Source: an uncultured Fibrobacterales bacterium (GTDB lineage: Bacteria; Fibrobacterota; Fibrobacteria; Fibrobacterales; CAWVXU01). Taken from it: a DNA stretch of 18,977 nt. Position 1 is the first letter of the stretch. Each line of letters starts with the position of its first letter. The stretch covers positions 1 to 18,977 of the forward strand of contig CAWVXU010000052.1 of NCBI GenBank assembly GCA_963934255.1, read 5' to 3'. This document shows positions 1 to 8,767 of this stretch, one piece after another. Position numbers and translations under genes: made by a program. The notes under the pieces were generated by a model. That model did no database searches, was not told the origin of the DNA, and worked only from the letters and a program-made list of their open reading frames with translations.

Positions 1-1074
1 TATTTCACAAATATATTCTTGCTCTTCTCTAGTCAAATGAGCACTCATCGGCAGACTCATGACTTCATTAGCCACCTTCTCTGCAACAGGGAAATCCCCT
101 AACTTGTAACCACAATACTTAAACGCTTCTTGTAAATGAAGAGGGCGAGGATAATGAACAGCAGTTGGGATTCCGTTATCTGCTAATTTCTTTTGAAGTT
201 CGTCTCTGTTTTGAACTCGGATAGTGTATTGAGCCCATACCGATGTTCTATCGCTTAATACCATTGGAGTCACAACAGAGTCCTTGAGTAATCTGGTGTA
301 ATTCTGAGCTAAGCTATCTCTTTCTTCGATTTCTTTGTCGTAATATTTTAACTTCACATTAAGTACTGCAGCTTGTAAAGTATCTAATCTTGAATTCACA
401 CCGATATGTTTATGGTGATATCTTTTTTCTTGTCCGTGATTTCTGATACTTCTAATCTTTTCAGCCAGTTCTTCATTTTGAGTAAAGATCGCACCACCAT
501 CACCATAACAACCGAGCGGTTTAGCAGGGAAAAAGCTTGTTGTCGCTAATTCAGATAAATTTCCGGCTCTTTTACCTTTATAAGTAGACCCAAAATTTTG
601 AGCCCCGTCTTCAATGACTTTAATACTGTGTTGGCTGGCTATCTTATTAATTGCATCCATATCTGAGGGCTGACCATATAAGCTTACTGATATTATTGCT
701 TTTGTTTTGGATGTGATTGCTGCTTCAATTTTCGTCACATCAATATTATAATCATCTTCATTAATATCCACAAATACAGGTATCGCCCCAACTGCGGCTA
801 TCATTTCTGCCGTGGCAATAAATGTAAATGGAGTAGTAATCACCTCATCACCTGGTTTAATATCAATTGCAAGCATGGCAATTTGCAATGCATCTGTCCC
901 ATTAGCACATGTTATCGCGTAGCTTCCCGTATACTCCGAAAGTTTCTTTTCTAACTCATGGACAGCTGGACCCATGATAAAGGCAGCCGAATCTAAAACT
1001 CCTTGAATTGCTTCATCAATCTCAGTTTTATGCTTTTGGTATTGTGCTTGTAAGTTTGCAAATTGAATTTTCAT
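1..1074 (-). CDS. wbpE: DegT/DnrJ/EryC1/StrS PLP-dependent sugar aminotransferase, WbpE/WlbC-like (3' end runs off the window)
   Basis: Not in ORF track. Manual translation from ATG at 1074: MKIQFANLQAQYQKHKTEIDEAIQGVLDSAAFIMGP...CANGTDALQIAMLAIDIKPGDEVITTPFTFIATAE...VIEDGAQNFG...TTSFFPAKPLGCYGDGGAIFT (PLP-lysine motif)...NSRLDTLQAA...TAVHYPRPLHLQEAF...MSLPMSAHL. Open to base 1; starts 2 nt after the upstream stop. Confidence 0.9.
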   Translation of the reverse strand, partial: MKIQFANLQAQYQKHKTEIDEAIQGVLDSAAFIMGPAVHELEKKLSEYTGSYAITCANGTDALQIAMLAIDIKPGDEVITTPFTFIATAEMIAAVGAIPVFVDINEDDYNIDVTKIEAAITSKTKAIISVSLYGQPSDMDAINKIASQHSIKVIEDGAQNFGSTYKGKRAGNLSELATTSFFPAKPLGCYGDGGAIFTQNEELAEKIRSIRNHGQEKRYHHKHIGVNSRLDTLQAAVLNVKLKYYDKEIEERDSLAQNYTRLLKDSVVTPMVLSDRTSVWAQYTIRVQNRDELQKKLADNGIPTAVHYPRPLHLQEAFKYCGYKLGDFPVAEKVANEVMSLPMSAHLTREEQEYICEI

Positions 1075-1076
1075 TT

Positions 1077-1652
1077 TTATCTCTTTAGTATAATTACGTC
1101 GTTGTTTATTAATTGATACTGACTTCCATCAGCGGTATCTGTCGCTTTATTTTGTCCATCAAAGTCTAATCTGTTGCCTGCAATACTGACCCAACCGATT
1201 TGTTTACCAGGTACTCCTACAACAAGTGCAAAAGGCTTCACTGGCTTGACTATCACTGTTCCAGAACCCACTAAGGCATATGTACCAATTTCATTTCCAC
1301 AAACTATTGTGGCATTGGCGCCTATTGAGCAGCCTTTTCTTAGGTTAGTTGGCTTGAATTCTTCTTTGCGCACAATAAAGCTTCTTGGGTTGATCACATT
1401 AGTGAAAACCATAGAGGGTCCAAGGAAAACATCATCTTCTACTTCAACACCTTCGTAGATAGAGACATTGTTTTGGACTTTAATGCCAGAACCCATTTTA
1501 ACATTGGGCCCGACAACACAGTTCTGTCCAAATGAACAATTTTCGCCTATGACACTACCTTGAAGTATGTGGCTAAAATGCCATACCTTGGTATTGTCAC
1601 CCAGTTGACAGTTGTCATCTACAATGGAAGTCTCATGCACAAAGAAAGACAT
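1077..1652 (-). CDS. wbpD: Hexapeptide-repeat N-acetyltransferase, WbpD/WlbB-like (191 aa)
   Basis: MSFFVHETSIVDDNCQLGDNTKVWHFSHI...CSFGQNC...KVQNNVSIYEGV...FLGPSMVFTNVINPRS...GANATIVCG. Start moved from 1748 to the ATG at 1652, which overlaps the upstream stop (TAATG). Confidence 0.9.
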   Translation of the reverse strand: MSFFVHETSIVDDNCQLGDNTKVWHFSHILQGSVIGENCSFGQNCVVGPNVKMGSGIKVQNNVSIYEGVEVEDDVFLGPSMVFTNVINPRSFIVRKEEFKPTNLRKGCSIGANATIVCGNEIGTYALVGSGTVIVKPVKPFALVVGVPGKQIGWVSIAGNRLDFDGQNKATDTADGSQYQLINNDVIILKR

Positions 1653-2686
1653 TAAAACTCCAACGGTAGAGGAACTCGTTTGTTTTCTCTTGATGACTTG
1701 TATAAAGCAAGAATCAATTCTAATGATTTTAATCCTTGCCTTCCACATACTGGAGGTCTATTACCTGTTTGAATTGCTTCGATCACGTTAGTATAATACC
1801 CTGTGTGGCCAAACCCATAGACACTTGCCGTATCATATGATGCTTCTTGAACTAATTTGTCATCATCATCATATGAATCAAAATTCCATTCTTCTACTTT
1901 ATTGACAGCTACGCCACCAATTCTAACAGTCCCCTTTTCACCTAGAATAGTAAATGAACCTTCTAAGTTTTTGGGGTAAGTTAACATGGTGACATTGAGT
2001 GTCCCAAGTGCGCCATTTCTAAATTTAAACGCAGCAACACCAGTATCTTCCCCTTCAATCTTACGCTCCATTGTCGAAGTATAACACATCACAGACTCGA
2101 CGTCTCCCACCAAATAATCAATCAGATCAACATAGTGAGATGCTTGGTTCATAAAACACCCACCGTCAAACTCCCAAGTGCCTCGCCATTTGGCTGCATC
2201 ATAATATTCTTGTGGTCTTGTCCAGAAGACATTTACTTGAACACTGTATATTTTACCAAAACGACCTTTGTCAACAGCTTTTTTTAAGGTATCAATTGTC
2301 GTGTTGAGTCTATTTTGATGTACGACATGTAATTGAACACCTTCACGATCACAAGTGTTAATGAGCTCTTTAGCCTCTTTATAATTGGTACCCATTGGTT
2401 TTTCTGTGAGTACGTGCTTACCGCTTTGAGCTACTTCAATACCATGCTTAGGGTGCATGCCACTTGGAGTACAAAGTGAAACGATTTCAATATTTTCTTG
2501 TTTAAGCATCTCTGTCAATGAAGTGAAGTAAGGTACATTGAGCTTCTCACCGTATTCTTTAGCACGATCTTCAACTACATCACAAACTGCAACAATTTCA
2601 GCTTTTTCACTATTGCCTTCAATCGCTTCCAAATGTTTAAATGCTATACGTCCACAACCTAAAATTGCAAATTTTGTTTTATTCAT
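1652..2686 (-). CDS. wbpB: Gfo/Idh/MocA NAD-dependent oxidoreductase, WbpB/WlbA-like UDP-HexNAcA 3-dehydrogenase
   Basis: GCGRIA Rossmann motif, LCTPSGMH, HVLTEKPM, VVHQNRLN, VFWTRPQEYYDAAKWRGTWEFDGGCFMNQASHYVD. ATG at 2686 has GGAG upstream and a TAATG overlap with the previous stop. Confidence 0.88.
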   Translation of the reverse strand: MNKTKFAILGCGRIAFKHLEAIEGNSEKAEIVAVCDVVEDRAKEYGEKLNVPYFTSLTEMLKQENIEIVSLCTPSGMHPKHGIEVAQSGKHVLTEKPMGTNYKEAKELINTCDREGVQLHVVHQNRLNTTIDTLKKAVDKGRFGKIYSVQVNVFWTRPQEYYDAAKWRGTWEFDGGCFMNQASHYVDLIDYLVGDVESVMCYTSTMERKIEGEDTGVAAFKFRNGALGTLNVTMLTYPKNLEGSFTILGEKGTVRIGGVAVNKVEEWNFDSYDDDDKLVQEASYDTASVYGFGHTGYYTNVIEAIQTGNRPPVCGRQGLKSLELILALYKSSRENKRVPLPLEF

Positions 2687-3957
2687 TATAATCTCCAAGT
2701 AGGGTTTTCTAAAACACCTTTTACGTCTATCAAGACTGATTGATCTTGTGTTGATATTTTATTAAAGTCTTCGCGTGATAATTCTAAAAATTGCTTGTGT
2801 GCAACTGCAACCACAAATGCGTCATATTTCTTATTTGATTCAAATGGATTTTCTTTTAATACACCGTGTGTATAATGCTTTTTGTGCTCTTCAGGATCTA
2901 CCCATGGATCATACACATCCACATTCGTACCAAACTCTTCTAATTCATTGATAACATCAACTACTTTAGTATTTCTCAAGTCAGGACAGTTTTCTTTAAA
3001 GGTGACTCCCATGACAAGGATATTGGCGTCTTTAATCTTTACGTCTGATCTAATCATGGCCTTTAAGGTGGCGTCTGCAATATATTTACCAACACCATTA
3101 TTGATTTCTCTAGCTGCGACAATCAGGTCTGGAGTATAACCAGACTCTTTGGCTTTTGATAATAAATAATAAGGATCCACTCCAATACAGTGCCCACCGA
3201 CTAATCCTGGCCTCATATTAATGAAATTCCATTTGGTGGCGGCTGCATCAATCACAGCATGAGTATCAATCCCTAGGTTTCCAAAAATGATCGCAAGTTC
3301 ATTCATCAGTGCAATATTGACATCTCTTTGTGTGTTTTCAATTACTTTCGCAGCTTCTGCAACTTTAATCGTAGGTGCTTTATGCGTACCCGCTACGATA
3401 ATGCTTTTGTACAATTCGTCCACAACTGTCGCTATCTCTGGAGTCGACCCTGCAGTGATTTTTAATATCTTGGTGAGAGTACGCTCCTTATCACCTGGAT
3501 TGATTCTTTCAGGTGAATATCCACAATAAAAACCTTCATTGAACTTCAATCCTGATACACGCTCTATTATCGGGACACACACTTCTTCAGTTACACCCGG
3601 GTAAACGGTCGATTCATAGATGACAATATCACCTTTTTGAACATACTGAGCTAAGGTCTCTGTTGACTTCTCAATAGGTGTAAGGTCAGGATGATTATTT
3701 TTATCAATGGGTGTCGGGACTGTCACAATATAAATATTTGCATCGCGTAACTCATTCAAATCACAAGTGAGCCTCAGTTGTTTGGCGCTTTGTAATTCTT
3801 CTTTATTTGTCTCTAGAGTTCGATCATATCCTGTTTTTAATTCATCAACACGCTCTGCATTAATGTCAAAACCAACAGTGTCAAACTTTTTGCCAAATTC
3901 AACAGCTAAAGGTAAACCAACGTATCCTAAACCTAAAATTGCAAGTTTCTTATCCAT
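2686..3957 (-). CDS. wbpO: UDP-N-acetylhexosamine 6-dehydrogenase, WbpO/TviB/Gna type
   Basis: GLGYVGLPLA, IVTVPTP, IYESTVYPG, GYSPERINPGDK, KVAEAAKVIENTQRDVNIA, PGLVGGHCIGVDPYYL (catalytic Cys), TFKENCPDLRNTKV. ATG at 3957 preceded by AGGGAG. Confidence 0.88.
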   Translation of the reverse strand: MDKKLAILGLGYVGLPLAVEFGKKFDTVGFDINAERVDELKTGYDRTLETNKEELQSAKQLRLTCDLNELRDANIYIVTVPTPIDKNNHPDLTPIEKSTETLAQYVQKGDIVIYESTVYPGVTEEVCVPIIERVSGLKFNEGFYCGYSPERINPGDKERTLTKILKITAGSTPEIATVVDELYKSIIVAGTHKAPTIKVAEAAKVIENTQRDVNIALMNELAIIFGNLGIDTHAVIDAAATKWNFINMRPGLVGGHCIGVDPYYLLSKAKESGYTPDLIVAAREINNGVGKYIADATLKAMIRSDVKIKDANILVMGVTFKENCPDLRNTKVVDVINELEEFGTNVDVYDPWVDPEEHKKHYTHGVLKENPFESNKKYDAFVVAVAHKQFLELSREDFNKISTQDQSVLIDVKGVLENPTWRL

Positions 3958-4801
3958 TTTTATTCTCCCTAAAGTTTCTAATTGAGTGCCTGAGAAAGAC
4001 AATTGCGATTCCTAAAAACAAGCCAAAGAATGACCCTACAATTGCCATAATTAATCTTTTGGGGCCTGATTTTTTTGTGGCAATTCTCGGCTTCTCTATC
4101 ACCTGTAATATTTTCTGACCAATTAAAATACCCTTTTTATATTCTTGTATAATAAGGTCATTTAAAGCCATTTTCAAGTCATTTGAAGCGGTTTCTTTTA
4201 ATTTTCTCGTATAATATTTTATGGCTTCTTGATTTTGTTTTATTTCGTTACTTAATATTCTTTCAACCACAGTCTGTTTAAACAAATTTAACCAGTTGTA
4301 AGAAACTTTAGGGTCATCCGTAACACAAGTAATGATAAATTCGTCTGATGTCTCATCTGAACCAAAGCTAATAGAAATATGATTGTCTTTTAATTTTCTG
4401 ACAGCATCAAATCCTGTAATAGCTTTGCCACCCAATAATAATTGATTGCTTGTTGTATCAAATTCTGCCTCAGGATATAGTTCTTGTAAAAAACCATCCT
4501 TCTCAATAAATTCATAATACAAATCAATGGATCCGATAATGGGCTTATGCCTTGCTACATCAGAAGATACTCCAGCACCGACTCCCAATAAAGAACCCAC
4601 TCCACCTAGGTTGAGCTTTGCTTTATTTGACATGATTTTATAAACAATCCTCGAAGTATATTCATCCGGTTTAATTTTGGCGTAGGTACAAGTGATTACA
4701 ACTACAACCAGCCAAACGCCAAAAACGATTAGTTTGCTCTTCCAAATGTGAGCTATTAACTCAAAAACATTGATCTCTTCGCTTTTTAATTCTTGTTTCA
4801 T
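3950..4801 (-). CDS. wzz: Wzz-type polysaccharide co-polymerase / chain-length determinant (no kinase domain)
   Basis: N-terminal EEINVFELIAHIWKSK plus TM helix; coiled-coil-like middle; C-terminal proline motif KKSGPKR plus Gly-rich TM (IVGSFFGLFLGIAIVF). 283 aa with no Walker motifs. Confidence 0.85.
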   Translation of the reverse strand: MKQELKSEEINVFELIAHIWKSKLIVFGVWLVVVVITCTYAKIKPDEYTSRIVYKIMSNKAKLNLGGVGSLLGVGAGVSSDVARHKPIIGSIDLYYEFIEKDGFLQELYPEAEFDTTSNQLLLGGKAITGFDAVRKLKDNHISISFGSDETSDEFIITCVTDDPKVSYNWLNLFKQTVVERILSNEIKQNQEAIKYYTRKLKETASNDLKMALNDLIIQEYKKGILIGQKILQVIEKPRIATKKSGPKRLIMAIVGSFFGLFLGIAIVFLRHSIRNFRENKNG

Positions 4802-7048
4802 CTAATTAACCTTATCATCGATAATGACAATTGTCAGAATTATTGAAGCGATAGCCCCCATAGTCGATAGTGTTCCTTGCATAATTTCAGACCAACTAAT
4901 TGGTTCATCTTCTGGTTTATAACTTACTATAATCTTTGATCCTGGGGTAATAGGTTGCTCCATGTCCTCAGCTTTTACTTTAGTTCCATTTGCCAAAACA
5001 ACTAGCACACGGTCTTCGTCTCCATATCTAGTATAGCCGCCCGTATGGATGATATAATCATCATATTCAAAGTTCGGCTTCCACAAAACATCTCCGGGTG
5101 AAACTATTTCACCTAAAATTTGTACCGTATGTTGTGTTTCCTCAAGTACGATACTATCTCCTTGTTTCAAAGCTATTTGAGACCCACTTCCTGATTGTAG
5201 CGCCTTCTCAAAATCAATATAGATGGGGTAGGATAAATTATCTCTTTTTCTAAACAAGCGCGCTGCAGACCATTGGATATTTTCGCTGTATTGTGCAACT
5301 CTATTTACAAACTCTAATAATTTTTCACCTTTATACTGCAATGGATAATCGGCAGGGTTTAATACTGCAGAACCTCGAAGCCTCACTAGCTCTGGCTTAT
5401 AATACCCAGGGTCCTGAACAAGATGAATACGATCAAAAGGTTTTAATTGAATGTTTGATACTGAGTCTAAAAAATTCTCCGGACTGATCTTGATATTAAT
5501 AATCTCAACATTTGTCGTTTTGGTCATCCTCTGTAATACTATGCTTCCATCTAACCACTCCTTCGAAGCTCCCCCTGCTTTAAAAAAAAGGGTCTTGACA
5601 CTCATACCTGGAATATAATTGACTACTGTATCATTTTTTACAGCACCACCGATACTTACAGTGAACTTGAGTGTAGTATCAGCTTGACTTGGAATAAATA
5701 TACTATCGAGTGGTTCCATTCGAATATCTAAGTCATTACCCTCTGATTTCAGCGTGTATGATGTGTCAATGTTGTATCGATATACTTGTATGCCGGCCTT
5801 ATTGGCACCCCTACGCAGCCCCCCGGCTTGATTTATAACGTCTATTAATTTTAGCTCAGGAGTATAAGATACTTGTGTTTCAAAATGAATTTCACCCGAG
5901 ATTTTCACTATCTTTTCTAACGTTTTTGGGTTTGATTTGATCAAGATTCCATCTCCATTCATTAATAGAAGAGTGTCTTGGTCAGATATAATCAGATCAA
6001 GTTGGTCATAATCTAATTGATTAAAGTTTGATAGACCTTCTCTTCTTTTTATTGAATAAAACTTACTTGCTTCAGGTTTGACCCCCTGAGCTAGCTTGAT
6101 TAGGTCGTTCAAGGTTTCAGCTTTTTTTAATTCATAAATTGCAGGAACCTGGATAGATCCCTCAATTGTCACTAACTTTTCTGCAGCCGGAATATGAATA
6201 ATATCCCCGTCTCGTAAAGTGTGGATCTTCGGCATCTTACCTTCAAACAGATAATCATATAAATCAATTGTATATTTCTTCCTGCCGCGTTTAAGTTGAA
6301 TATTTCTGACAGATCCAACCTCATTGGGGCCACCAGCAAAATACAAGGCATTAAGAATTGAACTATTTCCTTGGATTACATATGCCGAAGGTTGTGCAGC
6401 ATTTCCAAGAACATAAACTTTTATAGAGCTTAATTCTTTAACCTGTAAAGATATTTGAGTCATCCCAAACTTAATTCCAGGGTTTGATATGGATAGCTTT
6501 TTGGTGATTAGTTTCTGAGCTCGACTCAGAGTGAGACCATTTAAACTTACTCGCCCGACTTCACTGACTAAAACATTCCCGCTTCTATCAATGACTAAGG
6601 TTTCTTCAACTTCCGTCCCACCCCAAATATTTAGGACTAATTTATCTCCAAACTTCAACGGATAATTAGGATCTACTTGATTAGAGGTTGCAGCAAATAA
6701 CTCTGGGTTTGCCAATTTAAACAAGGATGAAGAATATCTTCTTATCTCCATCATCGAATCATTTTGTAGATAATTAAATGCAGAGTCGCTCTCTCTATTT
6801 GCTTGTACCGAATCCAATAATTCCAGCTCAACTTCATTCTCAGTTCCAGCTCCATCAATGTTTTTAGCACTTTTTTTGTTTTCATAGTGTTTTCTTAGTT
6901 TCACTAGTTTTTCTGGAGACATGTTCTTAATGTCTGACAAATTATTCAGCGCACCCAATCCCTTTAAATCAGAAGCTGTTACCTGTGAAAATATAGTCAT
7001 GCAAAGACTCATAGTAAGTACAGCTATAATCGTATAAATTCTTAACAT
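4802..7048 (-). CDS. Large polysaccharide export protein (Poly_export domain plus multiple SLBB repeats; Wza/KpsD/OtnA-like OPX family)
   Basis: Hydrophobic N-terminal signal; YPLKFGDKLVLNIWG...IDRSGNVLVSEVGRVSLNGLTL; repeated V-x-I-x-G-x-V / AGG / GD-x-I-x-I-P SLBB units; C-terminal amphipathic helix WSEIMQGTLSTMGAIASII. GGAGAG RBS. Confidence 0.88.
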   Translation of the reverse strand: MLRIYTIIAVLTMSLCMTIFSQVTASDLKGLGALNNLSDIKNMSPEKLVKLRKHYENKKSAKNIDGAGTENEVELELLDSVQANRESDSAFNYLQNDSMMEIRRYSSSLFKLANPELFAATSNQVDPNYPLKFGDKLVLNIWGGTEVEETLVIDRSGNVLVSEVGRVSLNGLTLSRAQKLITKKLSISNPGIKFGMTQISLQVKELSSIKVYVLGNAAQPSAYVIQGNSSILNALYFAGGPNEVGSVRNIQLKRGRKKYTIDLYDYLFEGKMPKIHTLRDGDIIHIPAAEKLVTIEGSIQVPAIYELKKAETLNDLIKLAQGVKPEASKFYSIKRREGLSNFNQLDYDQLDLIISDQDTLLLMNGDGILIKSNPKTLEKIVKISGEIHFETQVSYTPELKLIDVINQAGGLRRGANKAGIQVYRYNIDTSYTLKSEGNDLDIRMEPLDSIFIPSQADTTLKFTVSIGGAVKNDTVVNYIPGMSVKTLFFKAGGASKEWLDGSIVLQRMTKTTNVEIINIKISPENFLDSVSNIQLKPFDRIHLVQDPGYYKPELVRLRGSAVLNPADYPLQYKGEKLLEFVNRVAQYSENIQWSAARLFRKRDNLSYPIYIDFEKALQSGSGSQIALKQGDSIVLEETQHTVQILGEIVSPGDVLWKPNFEYDDYIIHTGGYTRYGDEDRVLVVLANGTKVKAEDMEQPITPGSKIIVSYKPEDEPISWSEIMQGTLSTMGAIASIILTIVIIDDKVN

Positions 7049-8175
7049 TTACTCTCCAGAAATTTAATTATTCTATTGGAACTTTTTCCATCGCCATAAG
7101 GGCTATGTACTTTTGACATTGAGTTATACCGATCTTTTTCGTCTATAAGAGCACTACACTCCAATACAATCTTATCAAAATCAGGACCTACTAATTTGAC
7201 AGTCCCCGCTTTAAGAGCTTCTGGTCTTTCAGTAATGTTTCTCATAACAATGACTGGTTTACCGAGTGCGGGTGCCTCTTCTTGAATGCCGCCACTATCA
7301 GTTAATACAAAATGTGATTGATTCATGAGATACACAAATTCTTCATAGCCTAAAGAATCAATTAAATAAACATTTGAAATTTTCTGGAGAATTTGATTCA
7401 CCGGTATTTTTACATTTGGATTTAAATGAACGGGATAAACAAAGTCTGCATCAGTATATTTTTCTGCTAAAACTTTCACGGCTTGGCAAATGTTATCAAA
7501 GCCATTACCAAAATTTTCTCTTCTATGACTCGTGATTAAAATAACCTTTCGATTTTTATTAATCTGATATCCTGCTGAGGCAATTGTTGATTGGACTTTA
7601 TTAGAATGAAGGGTATTAGTTTCTGTCTTATGCAGAACTGAATACAAAGCATCAATCACTGTATTGCCAGTCACTAAAATGTTTTCTAAAGGATGCCCCT
7701 CTTTAATAAGGTTATTCGCCGCTTCTTGGGTCGGAGCAAAATGATAATCTGCAATAACATCCGTTAATTGTCGATTAGCCTCTTCAGGCCATGGAGATTG
7801 CAGGTTATATGTACGAAGACCCGCTTCTACATGACCCACTTTGACTTTTTGATAAAAGGCAGATAAGCTCACCGCAAAAGAAGTAGCCGTATCTCCATGT
7901 ACAAGGACAAGGTCTGGTTTAAAAGATTGAAGAATGTCACGCATCCCCAAGAGGACTTTTGCAGTGATGTCAAACAAGTCTTGACTCTCTTGCATAATAT
8001 TCAAATCATAATCGGGTTTAATCTCAAATAAATCAAGCACTTGGTCCAACATCTCACGGTGTTGACCTGTTACTGCTACCTTTGATTCAATCGTTGTGCT
8101 TTTAGCCAACTCTTTCACCAATGGCGCCATTTTAATGGCTTCAGGACGAGTCCCGAATACAGTCAATACTCTCAT
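7042..8175 (-). CDS. wecB: UDP-N-acetylglucosamine 2-epimerase (non-hydrolysing)
   Basis: VFGTRPEAIKMAPLV, VTGQHREMLDQVL, VLVHGDT, GHVEAGLRT, PWPEEANR, TGNTVIDAL, TSHRREN, LTDSGGIQEEAP, TERPE, PYGDGKSS. ATG 8175 preferred over TTG 8184. Confidence 0.93.
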   Translation of the reverse strand: MRVLTVFGTRPEAIKMAPLVKELAKSTTIESKVAVTGQHREMLDQVLDLFEIKPDYDLNIMQESQDLFDITAKVLLGMRDILQSFKPDLVLVHGDTATSFAVSLSAFYQKVKVGHVEAGLRTYNLQSPWPEEANRQLTDVIADYHFAPTQEAANNLIKEGHPLENILVTGNTVIDALYSVLHKTETNTLHSNKVQSTIASAGYQINKNRKVILITSHRRENFGNGFDNICQAVKVLAEKYTDADFVYPVHLNPNVKIPVNQILQKISNVYLIDSLGYEEFVYLMNQSHFVLTDSGGIQEEAPALGKPVIVMRNITERPEALKAGTVKLVGPDFDKIVLECSALIDEKDRYNSMSKVHSPYGDGKSSNRIIKFLESKC

Positions 8176-8194
8176 TTTACCCAATCATTGTAAC

Positions 8195-8221
8195 AAGGAC
8201 AACCTTTGCAGGGTCCTTTTT
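8195..8221. terminator. Hairpin (possible intrinsic terminator or structured leader) between the GT remnant and wecB
   Basis: Minus strand reads AAGGAC-CCT-GCAA-AGG-TT-GTCCTT (bulged stem, GNRA tetraloop); on the plus strand the stem runs into a T tract. Confidence 0.4.
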
Positions 8222-8281
8222 CTAACAAGAAAAATAAAAAACTTCCCTGCATATAACAAAAATATTTGTCTTATATGGACT

Positions 8282-8584
8282 CTAATCGGGCTCTTTGTGT
8301 CCTATGTCACTCTTTGTACTTTCGACCAAGGCGCTATACCTCTCCACACACCAAGACGCATCCTCTTCTATTGTGTCAATTTTTGGTAGTTTTGCCTTCA
8401 TTTCTGATAATATCTGTGGATTTTGAGCGATTTTACTCAATTTTAACGCTAATTCAGTCGAATTATTGACTTCGAAAAGTTCTCCTCCCAATTCTTGATT
8501 CACTGTTTCAGGCAAAGCTCCTACATGAGAGGCTATTACCGGCACTCCTTGCATCATTGCTTGACGCTCCGCAATAAAACACAT
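8282..8584 (-). pseudogene. C-terminal fragment of a GT-B family 4 (Glycos_transf_1) glycosyltransferase
   Basis: AMMQGVPVIASHVGALPETV...GELFEVNNSTELALKL...IEEDASWCVERYSAL matches the GT4 tail (EAmaxGxPVIaSxvGalpE). Only 100 aa, with an in-frame TAA nine codons upstream of the ATG. The N-terminal domain and most of the ExxxxxxxE motif are missing. Confidence 0.75.
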
Positions 8585-8630
8585 CTGATCGATTGAATCG
8601 AGGGTGGTTTATTTGAATTCATTTAATTAA

Positions 8631-8661
8631 TAAGGAGCTATTTATGTCAAAAGCGCGTTAG
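8631..8661 (+). other. Strong Shine-Dalgarno plus 5-codon micro-ORF (MSKAR*)
   Basis: TAAGGAG 8631-8637, 6-nt spacer, ATG TCA AAA GCG CGT TAG 8644-8661. Confidence 0.3.
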
Positions 8662-8767
8662 TTTCCACTATTTCATTAAAAATAAGGAAAAACTCTAAGG
8701 AATTTGGCATAATAATCCGAATCTATAAAAAGTAGATCGAGTTTTAGGTTACGGGGAAGGTAGCAAT

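Noticed and set aside
1653..4002. Longer track starts at 1748, 2698 and 4002
   Set aside because: They overlap upstream genes; internal ATGs at 1652, 2686 and 3957 give family-typical N-termini with RBS and/or stop-start coupling.
1174..5487. Short plus-strand ORFs (1174-1458, 2882-3139, 3287-3529, 3767-3985, 5293-5487)
   Set aside because: Antisense shadows lying wholly within well-supported minus-strand genes; no motifs recognised.
5582..5589. A8 tract (and T7 tracts near 9042 and 15522) as phase-variation sites
   Set aside because: Short A/T runs are expected in AT-rich DNA and the frames are intact.
8703..8720. Sigma-54 promoter at TTGGCATAATAATCCG
   Set aside because: It has the -24 TGGCA but lacks the -12 TTGC at the required spacing.
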